In this document: one piece after another, positions 16,993 through 26,800 of the stretch
Position numbering within the stretch: the first letter of the stretch is position 1
Layout: every line of letters starts with the position of its first letter
Translations under genes and position numbers: made by a program
Origin: Deltaproteobacteria bacterium
Lineage (GTDB): Bacteria > Bdellovibrionota_B > Oligoflexia > Oligoflexales > Bog-1112
Assembly: GCA_947466225.1 (NCBI GenBank)
Contig: CANIBL010000005.1
Span: 2,666 to 66,665 of the forward strand
DNA length: 64,000 bases
Direction of reading: 5' to 3'
Notes under the pieces: model-generated
Database searches by the model: none
What the model was told of the DNA's origin: nothing
The model's input: the letters and a program-made list of their open reading frames with translations, nothing else

Positions 16993-18108
16993 ATGCGCGC
17001 AACAAAATCGCCTTCTTCATTGGTACTGGGCCTTGCGGTATTTTCCGTGTTCTTTGGGGCGGGAAATATGATTTATCCGCTCCATGTGGGTGCGTTATTG
17101 AGCGATGCATGGGGCATGAGTGTGGTGGGGTTTCTCTTCTCGGCTGTGGGGTTTCCTTTTTTTGCCATTTGTGTGATCTATTCATTTCGCGGAAACTTGG
17201 AGTCTGTTTTGCGGAGTTTGGGTTCTCGCTTTCGAGTTCCTTTGTTGCTCTTGCTTTGCACTGTATGGATTCCTTTGGGTGCAGGGCCACGCTGCATCAC
17301 CATGACGGTGGGGAGTTTGGAGATGTTTGGCTTGCGGGGGCCGCCCGGTCTGCTCTCCGTTGTGTATAGCTTACTGGTGATGGGCCTTACGTGGCGTCGA
17401 CGTCAAGGGCTGACGTGGCTAGGGGTTATTTTGATGCCCATTCTTTTGCTTTCTCTTTTGGTTCTGGTCTTGCGTGGTATGTGGTTAATGGGGCCTTTGC
17501 CAGAGGGGGCTTTTCAGGGTCATGGCAGCCGCGCATTTCTGAGTGGTCTCTTGGAGGGATGCCACACCATGGATCTTTTTGCGGCTCTCTTTTTTTCTAC
17601 TGCTGCATTGCCGCTGTTTCAAAGAAACTCCCTTTCTTTATTTAGCCTACCGCAATTTATCAAAGGCGGCCTGGGGGCATTGGTGATGTTGGGCATTGTA
17701 TATTTGGGGCTTATGATTTTGGCGGTAAACTATGGGGGGCAGTTGCAATTGGTACCACAGGAGAAAGGGTTGGCTTTTTTGGCTAGTACCTTTCTCGTGG
17801 GTCCATTGGGTTGGATGGCATTGGGCGCAATTGTGCTGGCTTGTTTGACCATGTCAGTGGCGCTTACCCGCGTGTATGCGGATTATATATATACCTATGT
17901 GATCGGATCGTTTGCATGGGGGTCCTACCGAGTAGCAGTGGTGATCACGATTGCAAGCTGCTGGGTGCTATCCCTTTTGGGGTTTCGTGGTATGACATGG
18001 ATACTCACGCCACTGCTAAAAGGGCTATATCCGTTGATGTTGGGGCTTCTCTTGCTGGCGGCAATACGTAGCATGTGGAATTTACAGATGAAAAGGGGGC
18101 GGTTATGA
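16993..18108 (+). CDS. brnQ: Branched-chain amino acid transport system II carrier (LIVCS family)
   Basis: FFGAGNMIYPLHVG signature, about 12 hydrophobic segments, GGAGGGA before the ATG. Confidence 0.8.
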   Translation: MRATKSPSSLVLGLAVFSVFFGAGNMIYPLHVGALLSDAWGMSVVGFLFSAVGFPFFAICVIYSFRGNLESVLRSLGSRFRVPLLLLLCTVWIPLGAGPRCITMTVGSLEMFGLRGPPGLLSVVYSLLVMGLTWRRRQGLTWLGVILMPILLLSLLVLVLRGMWLMGPLPEGAFQGHGSRAFLSGLLEGCHTMDLFAALFFSTAALPLFQRNSLSLFSLPQFIKGGLGALVMLGIVYLGLMILAVNYGGQLQLVPQEKGLAFLASTFLVGPLGWMALGAIVLACLTMSVALTRVYADYIYTYVIGSFAWGSYRVAVVITIASCWVLSLLGFRGMTWILTPLLKGLYPLMLGLLLLAAIRSMWNLQMKRGRL

Positions 18109-18899
18109 CCCTGCGATTCGGGATTTTGGGAAGTTGCTTCCTGCTGTTGATAGGAGGGGTGGGGTATACGCTCTGGCGTCTCACACCGCCTGTTTCTGCC
18201 TTGCAAGGGCCTTTCGTGGAAGTAGTGCGATGGATTCCTCCTGCTGGGCGGCAGGTCGTACAGGTGGGGCCAGCTTCTCCCAATTGGGTAAAAAGTGAGA
18301 ATATATCGAAGCATACGCTGTATGCCATCCTGGTGGCGGAAGATGCCCGCTTTTATGAGCATGGAGCCTTGGATTGGCGCGAAACTTTTCTGAGTTTTCG
18401 TAAAAACTGGGAGGAGGGCAAGATCGTTCGTGGCGGATCTACTATCACCCAGCAGGTGGTGCGCATCGTATTTCTTTCTCAGGAGAAGCGGTATCTGCGC
18501 AAGGTACGCGAAGCTTTGGGTGCCATCGCCTTGGAGTTTTTGCTCTCCAAGGATGAGATTTTGGCGTGGTACTTGAATCTGGTAGAGTTTGGCAAAGGAG
18601 CCTATGGGATTCAGGAAGCCGCACAGCGGCACTTCCATACTTCCCCGGATTTATTGACGGTTTCAGAGTCTATTCACCTTGCGTTGGTGCTGCCAAGCCC
18701 ACATCTTTGGTCCAAAGGATTACAGAAGAAGGACCTCACGGAGTTTGGGCAAAAACGGTTTCAGATGATCCTCGATCGCTTGAGGGAAAATGCCTACATT
18801 ACAGCGGAGCAGTGGCGAAATGTGCGTGCTACCGGTAACTTTGGTTCACCTTTAGACGGGGTCGTGCCCGTTTCTGAGTCTGCCTCTGAGGGCTTCTAA
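18105..18899 (+). CDS. mtgA: Monofunctional peptidoglycan glycosyltransferase
   Basis: AILVAEDARFYEHGALD, RGGSTITQQVV, and an N-terminal TM anchor. Start chosen at ATG 18105 (ATGA overlap with the brnQ stop, AAGGGGG upstream) rather than 18075. Confidence 0.85.
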   Translation: MTLRFGILGSCFLLLIGGVGYTLWRLTPPVSALQGPFVEVVRWIPPAGRQVVQVGPASPNWVKSENISKHTLYAILVAEDARFYEHGALDWRETFLSFRKNWEEGKIVRGGSTITQQVVRIVFLSQEKRYLRKVREALGAIALEFLLSKDEILAWYLNLVEFGKGAYGIQEAAQRHFHTSPDLLTVSESIHLALVLPSPHLWSKGLQKKDLTEFGQKRFQMILDRLRENAYITAEQWRNVRATGNFGSPLDGVVPVSESASEGF

Positions 18900-18975
18900 G
18901 CTTGGAAAATACGCGGGGTTTGTGATAAAGTCCGTCACCAGAATGCGTCTCACCCCGTTCTTCGAAGAGCCACCC

Positions 18976-20745
18976 ATGGAACCTTTTTTCTCCGACGAAG
19001 CCAAAGCCGATATTAGCCGACTTGTGGCCCAATTTTTTGCCGCCCAGAATTTTAGTTATTCTGTTGCCACCATATACAGTTGGATGGAGCGGCCCCCAGA
19101 GTCTCACTTAGGGGATTATGCGCTGCCCTGTTTTCGATTTGCCAAAGAATGTCGAAAAAAGCCGGTGGATATTGCCCAAGAGTTGCAAGTTTTTCTTACA
19201 GCCCAATCCTCTCCCTTGATTCAACGGGTCGAAACCGCTGGAGCTTTCCTCAACCTATTTTTGCAGCCGGCTCAGCTTACGGAGCGCGTCTTTTCTCAGG
19301 TACCATCAGGCGCTTTTTTCACCCGGATGCAACAGAACCCTGAGCATCGCCAGCATCGCGTTATGGTGGAGTTTTCCCAACCCAATACCCACAAGGTGTT
19401 TCACATCGGTCATGCACGGAACGTCAGCTTGGGTGATGGGTTGGCGCGCGTGTTTGCCTACAATGGGTATACGGTATTGCCCGTGAACTACATTGGAGAT
19501 GAGGGTACTCATGTGGCCAAGTGCCTATGGGAAATGCAGGAAGAAGGCGCCGAGCTACCTACAGCGGACTTTGCCCAGTGGTATGGTCAGCGTTATGCGG
19601 CTGCAAGCCAGCGTTTGACAGAAGCAACGCCAGAGGTGCGCAAGCAATACGAGCAAAAGATCTCCACCGTACTCAAAGCCTTGGAGTCGAAGGAGGGAGA
19701 GACGTACCGGTTATGGCAAAAGAGCCGTGCTCAGTGCATGGAAGACTTTGGACGCATCTACGATTGGTTGGGGGTGCATTTCGATCACATTTTCTATGAA
19801 TCCGATGTGTCAGAAGAGTCTCAGGCGATTGTAGAGGAGTACCTCAAAAAGGGACTGTTTTATGAGTCCGAAGGCGCGATTGGGCTCTCGTTGGAAGAAG
19901 AAAAACTGGGTTTTTTCCTCGCGCGAAAATCGGATGGAACGACGCTGTACATCACCAAAGATTTGGCGTTGGCGAAACGAAAATTCCAGGATTTTGCCAT
20001 CGATCGCTCGATCTATGTAGTCGGCAATGAGCAAAATTTTCATTTTCGTCAGTTGTTTGCGGTGCTGAAGAAGATGGGCTTTCCCCAAGCCGAACAGTGC
20101 TATCACTTGAGCTATGCCCACGTAAAGCTGCCGCAAGGTGCTAAAATGTCCTCTCGTACGGGAAATATCGTGTCGTTCTTGCAGCTGGTAGGTTGGGTCG
20201 AGGACGAACTCAAAAAGCACTTGGTCAAGTATGAAGATCAGTGGACCCCCCAGCAGCTCGCCGATACCTTGCACAAGTTGGCTGTGGGTACCATTCGCTA
20301 CGGCATGGTGGATACAGATCCGCATACCGAGATTATTTTTGATCCAGAAGTATGGACCAGCTTTGAAGGCAACACAGGCCCGTACTTGATGTACAGCTAT
20401 GCGCGTTCTCGTTCCATTCTCCGTAAGGGCGAAGCGGAGGGGGCGGTGCCGGATTTTACGGCGTATCATGAGTTGGTGCATCCAGCTGAGTTGGAACTGC
20501 TTCGGGAGTTGTTTGATTTCAACACCGTAGTGGAGAGTGCATGCGTGTGCTACCGCATGTCGCTTTTAACGGGATATCTGTATCGGTTGTGCAAACTGTA
20601 CAATCGGTTTTATGCCCAGGTGTCGGTATTGCGGGCGGAGACAGCAGCGTTGCGAGGGGCGCGTTTGGCGCTTGTATCGTGCTTTGGTAGTGTGCTGGTT
20701 CAAGGGTTGGATCTCATTGGTATAACACCGCCTGAATCTATGTAG
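18976..20745 (+). CDS. argS: Arginine--tRNA ligase
   Basis: HIGHARN (HIGH motif), KMSSRTGN (KMSKS-like) and a C-terminal anticodon-binding region. The start is uncertain (18922, 18943 or 18976 are all in frame). Confidence 0.9.
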   Translation: MEPFFSDEAKADISRLVAQFFAAQNFSYSVATIYSWMERPPESHLGDYALPCFRFAKECRKKPVDIAQELQVFLTAQSSPLIQRVETAGAFLNLFLQPAQLTERVFSQVPSGAFFTRMQQNPEHRQHRVMVEFSQPNTHKVFHIGHARNVSLGDGLARVFAYNGYTVLPVNYIGDEGTHVAKCLWEMQEEGAELPTADFAQWYGQRYAAASQRLTEATPEVRKQYEQKISTVLKALESKEGETYRLWQKSRAQCMEDFGRIYDWLGVHFDHIFYESDVSEESQAIVEEYLKKGLFYESEGAIGLSLEEEKLGFFLARKSDGTTLYITKDLALAKRKFQDFAIDRSIYVVGNEQNFHFRQLFAVLKKMGFPQAEQCYHLSYAHVKLPQGAKMSSRTGNIVSFLQLVGWVEDELKKHLVKYEDQWTPQQLADTLHKLAVGTIRYGMVDTDPHTEIIFDPEVWTSFEGNTGPYLMYSYARSRSILRKGEAEGAVPDFTAYHELVHPAELELLRELFDFNTVVESACVCYRMSLLTGYLYRLCKLYNRFYAQVSVLRAETAALRGARLALVSCFGSVLVQGLDLIGITPPESM

Positions 20746-20759
20746 GGAGAGAGATCTAC

Positions 20760-21722
20760 GTGAAGAAAAAGACAAAGTGCGCGCGCTACTGGTTGTGGAT
20801 CCTGGGCCTCTTCCTAGCGGTAGCAGCTGGAGGCTGGATTCGGCGGATATATTGGGTGCCAACTTTGCAAGTGGGAAGCCACTCTTTGCAGGTGCCTGAG
20901 AAGTCGAGTTATCGCTTTTTTGTTTTGGGTGATACCGGGAGTGGGGATGTTCATCAATACGCGGTCGCGGCATCGATGGAAAAACAGTGCCAAGAGATGG
21001 GTGGCATCGATGGCATTTGGCTATTGGGGGACCTTTTCTATACCCAGGGCGTGAAGGGTTTGGATGATCCCCAGTGGAAACAAAAGATCGAAATTCCCTA
21101 CGGCAGTCCCTGTTTGCAAAAAGCGCCGATTTATCCCGTGTTTGGCAATCATGATTATCGCGGAAATACGGAATCGATGATTGCGTATTCCCAGCATAAC
21201 CCTCGATGGCACTTTCCGGGGCGTTCTTATACTGTGGATTTTGGGCATGTGCTGCGCCTGGTCGCTTTTGACTCTGCCTTTCCCGATTTTTGTTTCTCAC
21301 CCTCGACTTGTTCCGTGGATTACGCGTTGCAACAGGTGAAAGCCTCCACAGCGGCTTGGACCATGGTTACTGCACACAACCCCATGTCCAGCGGCAGTAC
21401 GCTGGGATACTCTCATTCAGGTGGGGTGTTGGGGTTTTTCTTGCGGCAGGCTTTTTGCGGCAAGGTGGATGCCTGGTTTTCTGGGCATGCCCATCATATG
21501 GAGCACCGCCAGGTAGTCGGGTGTGATACTGCGCTTTTCATCTCCGGTGGGGGCGGAGGGGATTTATATACTACGATTCCAGGGGCGGAAAGTGCATTTT
21601 TGCGCTCTGAACATGGGTTTTTGGCTGTAGAGGTGTCATTGTACGACATGGTTGCGGCTTTTTATGATATACACTCTCAGCGAGTATATGAGGTGAAGAA
21701 GAAGACGCACTTGAGAAAGTAA
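20760..21722 (+). CDS. Calcineurin-like metallophosphoesterase, membrane-anchored or secreted
   Basis: FFVLGDTGSGD, WLLGDLFY, VFGNHDY, GHAHHMEH. GTG start; N-terminal hydrophobic segment. Confidence 0.8.
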   Translation: MKKKTKCARYWLWILGLFLAVAAGGWIRRIYWVPTLQVGSHSLQVPEKSSYRFFVLGDTGSGDVHQYAVAASMEKQCQEMGGIDGIWLLGDLFYTQGVKGLDDPQWKQKIEIPYGSPCLQKAPIYPVFGNHDYRGNTESMIAYSQHNPRWHFPGRSYTVDFGHVLRLVAFDSAFPDFCFSPSTCSVDYALQQVKASTAAWTMVTAHNPMSSGSTLGYSHSGGVLGFFLRQAFCGKVDAWFSGHAHHMEHRQVVGCDTALFISGGGGGDLYTTIPGAESAFLRSEHGFLAVEVSLYDMVAAFYDIHSQRVYEVKKKTHLRK

Positions 21723-21730
21723 AGGATCCC

Positions 21731-22609
21731 ATGCAGGCAACAAGACTCAGATCCATCGATATCGCAACCGCTGTTCTTTCCGTCACGTTATGGGGCCTCT
21801 GCTTCCCCCTTATGAAGATTGCAGCCCAGGAAATTACCCCCCTCTTGTCGGTGGGAATCCGGCTGGCTTGTATGAGCTTGCTAAGTATTCCGTTTCTTAC
21901 CATGCCGCGGGGGAAAGACGAGTGGATGAAGCTTTTTTGGCTGTCTATCACATTGTTTGCGATCCCATTTGGGCTCACCACCATTGCTATTTTATACGTG
22001 GATGCGGCCATTGCTGCGTTGATCACAGAGTTTGAGGTGATCTTTGGGGTTTTGCTCAGCCGTATTTTCTTTCGTGAAGCGATCTATCCACGGCAATTTG
22101 TGGGGATGGGGGTTGCCTTTTTGGGTATTTATCTCATCATCGATTCTCCGGAAGTTCGCATCGACAACTTCTGGGCCATTTTGCTCCTGCTGATTGTGGC
22201 CTTTTGCTATGCCTCTGCAGCGCTCCAGGTGAAGGGCATTAACCGCAAACTTTCCTCCTTTTCTGTCACAGCATGGTCTTGTATTCTTTCCTTTCCGTGG
22301 CTCTTTCTCCTTTCCTATTTATGGGAACGGGAGGAATGGGTGCCACTTGGGGCTGTAAGTTATCGAGCTTGGAGCTGTATTGGAATTATGACCGTGGCAA
22401 GCTTAATTGGGCTTTTTATTTGGAACTATCTGTTGAAGCGCCTTCCTGTGAATGTGGTGCTACCATTTGGAATGTTGATTCCGGTTTCTGCGCTGGTATT
22501 TTCGTATTTCTTATTGGGCGAAACCCTAGAGCCTTTGGCACTGTGCGGTGGGGTTTTAACCATCGTTGGGGTGAAAGTACAGATTCAGAGACGGGCCGAA
22601 GAGGTGTAG
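21731..22609 (+). CDS. EamA/DMT-family transporter
   Basis: Ten hydrophobic segments in a two-fold 5+5 arrangement typical of EamA repeats. Confidence 0.75.
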   Translation: MQATRLRSIDIATAVLSVTLWGLCFPLMKIAAQEITPLLSVGIRLACMSLLSIPFLTMPRGKDEWMKLFWLSITLFAIPFGLTTIAILYVDAAIAALITEFEVIFGVLLSRIFFREAIYPRQFVGMGVAFLGIYLIIDSPEVRIDNFWAILLLLIVAFCYASAALQVKGINRKLSSFSVTAWSCILSFPWLFLLSYLWEREEWVPLGAVSYRAWSCIGIMTVASLIGLFIWNYLLKRLPVNVVLPFGMLIPVSALVFSYFLLGETLEPLALCGGVLTIVGVKVQIQRRAEEV

Positions 22610-22627
22610 ACTTAAAGAGGTAAAGAA

Positions 22628-23125
22628 ATGACCAGCTCCGCTTTTTCTTCTAACTCAATGGTGGATCAGTTTTTTTATACCACTCGGCTCAATGAGTTGG
22701 TGGGATGGGCTCGCAAGAACTCCATGTGGCCCTACATTTTTGGCACTGCTTGTTGTGGTGTCGAGTACATGTCGGTACTGGGGCCGAAGCATGACATTGC
22801 GCGCTTTGGAGCTGAGGTCGTACGGTTTTCCCCTCGCCAAGCTGACTTGCTCATCGTAGCGGGTACCATTACGGAGAAGATGGCGCCGGTGATCAAGAAG
22901 GTCTACGATCAGATGGCAGAGCCCAAATGGGTGATGGCCATGGGTGCTTGTGCGTCTAGCGGGGGATTTTATCGCGCTTATCATGTGGTACAAGGCGTGG
23001 ATGAACTCATTCCGGTAGATATTTACGTAGCTGGATGCCCTCCCACTCCGGAGGCCTGCATCGCAGGCTTGATGAAATTACAGGAGAAGGTCGAAGCCCA
23101 GCATCAAAAAGGCGCTGTGAGCTAA
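22628..23125 (+). CDS. nuoB: NuoB-like (NADH-quinone oxidoreductase subunit B / NiFe-hydrogenase small-subunit-like) protein, orphan
   Basis: [51 protein letters not shown]. All four N2-cluster Cys positions are present. No other nuo gene is adjacent. Confidence 0.85.
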   Translation: MTSSAFSSNSMVDQFFYTTRLNELVGWARKNSMWPYIFGTACCGVEYMSVLGPKHDIARFGAEVVRFSPRQADLLIVAGTITEKMAPVIKKVYDQMAEPKWVMAMGACASSGGFYRAYHVVQGVDELIPVDIYVAGCPPTPEACIAGLMKLQEKVEAQHQKGAVS

Positions 23126-23718
23126 TGGGAGCAAGAGGTCATGCCCTGTAGGGTTTGATTGTCTAGTAGGTCGAGGCACGGTTGACATTGGGCAGAGCCT
23201 TCATCTGAGGTGTAAGTACCCAAGGGACAGAGGGTGCATTCAGAGGACCCCGCTTTTGCAGAGAAAGTCCCTGGTGAACAAGGGGTGCATTGACTATTCC
23301 CTGGGCCTGAGGAAAAACGCCCTATATCACAAGGCTGTGCAACAGAAGCGTCTGCTGCAACAAAATACCCTGGGGCGGCTGGTTTGCAAGCACCTTTTTC
23401 CAAGTAAGTGCCTGATGGGCAAGTAATGCGCTGGACCGATAGCGGTGTATTGAGTTGAGCGGGAACGCCCTGTATTGGGCTAACAGCGATTGCGTTGGGA
23501 ATCCAGCTTTTTTTAGAGAAGCAATCTGCTGTTGTACAGCTTGCAATGTTGAGAGTACCGAAAGCATCATATAATAAATAGGATTTTTTAGAGAAAGAAA
23601 GCAGGCTTGCATTCATGTTTGCTGGATTTGGATGTAACAACGTCATGATATCCGATTCAGCCTGATGATCTTGCTTCGGTGTAATCCAACTCCACCCATT
23701 TTTGCTGTTTTGTTGCAT
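23122..23718 (-). CDS. Cys-rich protein with ephrin-receptor-like (GCC2/GCC3-type) repeats; probably frameshifted at its 5' end
   Basis: [58 protein letters not shown]. The listed Met lacks a signal peptide, but a lipoprotein signal [13 protein letters not shown] starts at 23753 in another frame (see findings). Confidence 0.7.
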   Translation of the reverse strand: MQQNSKNGWSWITPKQDHQAESDIMTLLHPNPANMNASLLSFSKKSYLLYDAFGTLNIASCTTADCFSKKSWIPNAIAVSPIQGVPAQLNTPLSVQRITCPSGTYLEKGACKPAAPGYFVAADASVAQPCDIGRFSSGPGNSQCTPCSPGTFSAKAGSSECTLCPLGTYTSDEGSAQCQPCLDLLDNQTLQGMTSCSH

Positions 23719-23836
23719 CCGCCCAAAACGATAAAAAGTAAAAAAATTCGCATATTTTCTTCTCTATCTTCTTCTCGTATCTCCTCTATCGGACAAAAAT
23801 GCTGCTTCTTGAGGGCGTGAGGGTTTTCAAGATTTA

Positions 23837-26800
23837 TCAGCGCACATGCGATAAGCAAAGTACATGTGCCGTGGTGTTACAGAGAGGAGAGCCGGTAGAA
23901 AACCATCCACCGCTAAATTGGTGTACGGTACCGCTGGTTCCGTAGTGACTTCCCGTTAAATTAATGATCCAGCCGTTGCATGTCGGTGTTGCGGCATTAT
24001 CTCCACTTGAAGTTGAACCAGTCCAAATGATCCAATCGTCTACCAATTCTCGTCCCCATTCCGTATAGATAATCTCGCTGCCTCGAGAGGTAAGCCAGCT
24101 GTAACCACCATCGCTCAAAAATTCTTCCTGTACGCTATAGATAGAGGAGATTCCACTTAGTATAGAAGCCGCAGTAGAGCCTGAGGAGTAGGAAATCAAG
24201 GCTTTCCAGTCGATCGCGGAATTTTCTAGTTTGGCGCGGGATGCGGCCACTTGGCAACGAGTATCTGCAGTTGCGCTTGTTACATCTCCATATGGGCTGC
24301 TCATCTTTCCATCAAAGGCATCTTCGGTAAAGAACGCATAGGTTTTGGGTGTGGCCGGATCTAAGAGAAGAACAGGATCACTGAATGCGGTGTATACCAC
24401 TTGTGACATCGTGTCGTACACGCATAGGGAGTACCGATAGAGTCCGTTTACAGGAGCGTCCGTAAAGGATAGGTTTGTATTGGCTGGCAACTCTGCTGGA
24501 AGATATTGTTTGACAAAAGATCCTGTTCCACAGGCATAGGGTTGTACGCCTAGGTTGCGACTAATTACAATTTTACTGATCAAATTTGTGCCAGATGGGG
24601 TGGTAAAGCCACCGCTCACATGACCAGCAGAGTTTGGCCCTGTAGCAGAGAAGGCGGTGGGAATTACCGGGCCTGGTAGGCTGAGGCAATAGTAATGGAT
24701 GCCGGGACTTGCATTGTCAAAGGAACATGCACTTGTTGTGGTACTGCCGGCCCAATCAGAGGTAGTAGAGAATGGATTGGCTACATAATAGCTAGCTCGG
24801 TTGTAGACAGAGTGAAAATCTCCGCAGCTAGCAGAAATGCCTGCGAGGGAAGCAAAGTCTGTGCTGGGTGCATGGAATCCAAATGCGGTAGAGCCAGAGG
24901 CTAGAATATCGCCTTTCTCCGTATACTTAGGCGCTGCATGCAAAGTGCCGCTAAAAAAAGCGCTTGCGGTGGTAGAGAGAAATTCGGATTCTGATGGAAC
25001 GGGATTTCGCAAATTTACCACAGGACCTAGTAACGGTAGTTGAGTCTCTACAGAAGCAAAAGCGCTTGGTAGCAACATTTTCCATACCAAAACTCTACTA
25101 AGAGAAGGGTTAGTGGAAGCCAAGTTTTGACAGATAGCGTCCCCTGCTATCGCTCCGCTTCTCCCACTATAGGTGAGATTTTGGTTATAGGTAGTAGATG
25201 TAACAAACAGCTGATGAATAAATCCACGTAAATCCATCGTGGTATCCGTGTTGGTACTTGTGTCTGAAGTAGAAGGTGTGGATGCACTTGTGCCTGCACT
25301 GGCGGAATCAGACGGCATGAAAGGTGTATTGGCAGCATAGGTCGTTGCACTGCCGTGATAAGCATAAATGAGCTCACAAAGTGGAATCACAGCAGTAGAC
25401 AAAGAGGACTTTTGCCATGTGTACTGTGCGGTACTAAGGACTCTTTTTCCGGGGCACGCGGTTGTGCTGGTTTGACAGAGAATTTTGCTTGATGTGCTGG
25501 CCATTGTGGACATAGCGGATAGAAATTGGGTGTCAGAGAGGCTCGAAGGAAAAGCAGATTCACAAGCAGTAAAATTTTTTGTGGAAAGAAGAGAAGCCAA
25601 ATTCTGGGCCTGAGAGAAAGCCGAACTTACTTGAGAGGATACATCTGCATCGTTGGCACTTACCCCGTGGGTTTGCAAATTTGTGCTTACAGAGGTATTG
25701 AATTGTCCTTGCATGGAAGCAATATTTTGGGCAGAAGTCCCCCCGGCAGCCAACCCGGAAAGAGAGGCATTCACAAAAGATACCGCGATATTCGGCAGCT
25801 CAGTTTGTGTACCAGCATAAGAGGCGGACATACGATCCAATGCTTTGTTGATCATGGATTGAACGCTGGTAGAGAGATCCGCAGTGGATAGCATGCCAGC
25901 CGTTTGCATCGCACCCAAGCTGAAGAGGGCTCCCTCCATCATCTTCCCAGCAAATGAGGTGATATCCGTATTGGACTTTTCGATTTGAATGCCAGATAGG
26001 GAAGAAATTCCAGAAGCAATAATGTGGTTGCTCAGGGTGGAAACATCACTGCTAGAGATGAAACCAGCTTGTGCGAGAGCTGAAGTGGCCTGTTGGCTGA
26101 TTTGTTTTAAGGCAATTTGCACGGTATCTGAGGTGGAAAATCCTGCAGAAGCCATATTCTGTACTGCACCCGTGATAACATTTCCAATCAAAGTAGTTTT
26201 GTCGGTTGCACCAGAGACACCAGCATCGGGTAGATGTGCAATGGTGGATCCGACCATGGTGGAAAGGTAGGTTCCTTTATCCGATTCAACAGCAGAGAGG
26301 CTGTTTAGGCCGATGGCAGCGGCATTCATCATGCCCTGTAGCATATTTTTTTGTTGCAATACAAGCGGGTCAAGGGAAATTTTAGAGAAAGCTTGCATGG
26401 TGGAGGTGGCAAATTCGTTGATCGCAGAGGATACATTGTCGACGGAAAATCCGGCTGTTTCGAGAGAGGCAACCATGGAGGTGGTCATCTGATTCACAAC
26501 GAGATCAAGAGAAGCAGAGAGGCCCGCTTTTTCTGTATTCGTAATGATGGCGTGAGAAATGGCCCCTACCGTTTCAACGGCCTGCGTTTCCGGAATTTTA
26601 GCGATAGATATGAGCCCATTCAGGGCGTTTTTTGCAATGGAAGCGGAGAGGGCCGTTTTTTCTGCATCGGTATCAGAGGTTTTTCCCACAGAATTCATCA
26701 AACTGCCTACACCAATTCCAATCACAGTTTGTCGAGTGGAAATATCAGAAACTGGAGATGCATCACCGCCAAGGCTTTGCATGACACCGGTGATCACAAA

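Noticed and set aside
17925-21300. Long antisense ORFs inside brnQ/mtgA, argS and the phosphoesterase gene (17925-18638, 19810-20481, 20566-21300, all minus strand)
   Set aside because: They overlap genes with strong motif support on the opposite strand and have the R/P/S/H-rich, low-complexity composition typical of antisense frames. The same reasoning applies to 38295-39423 and 40488-41234 within actB and to 57446-58120.
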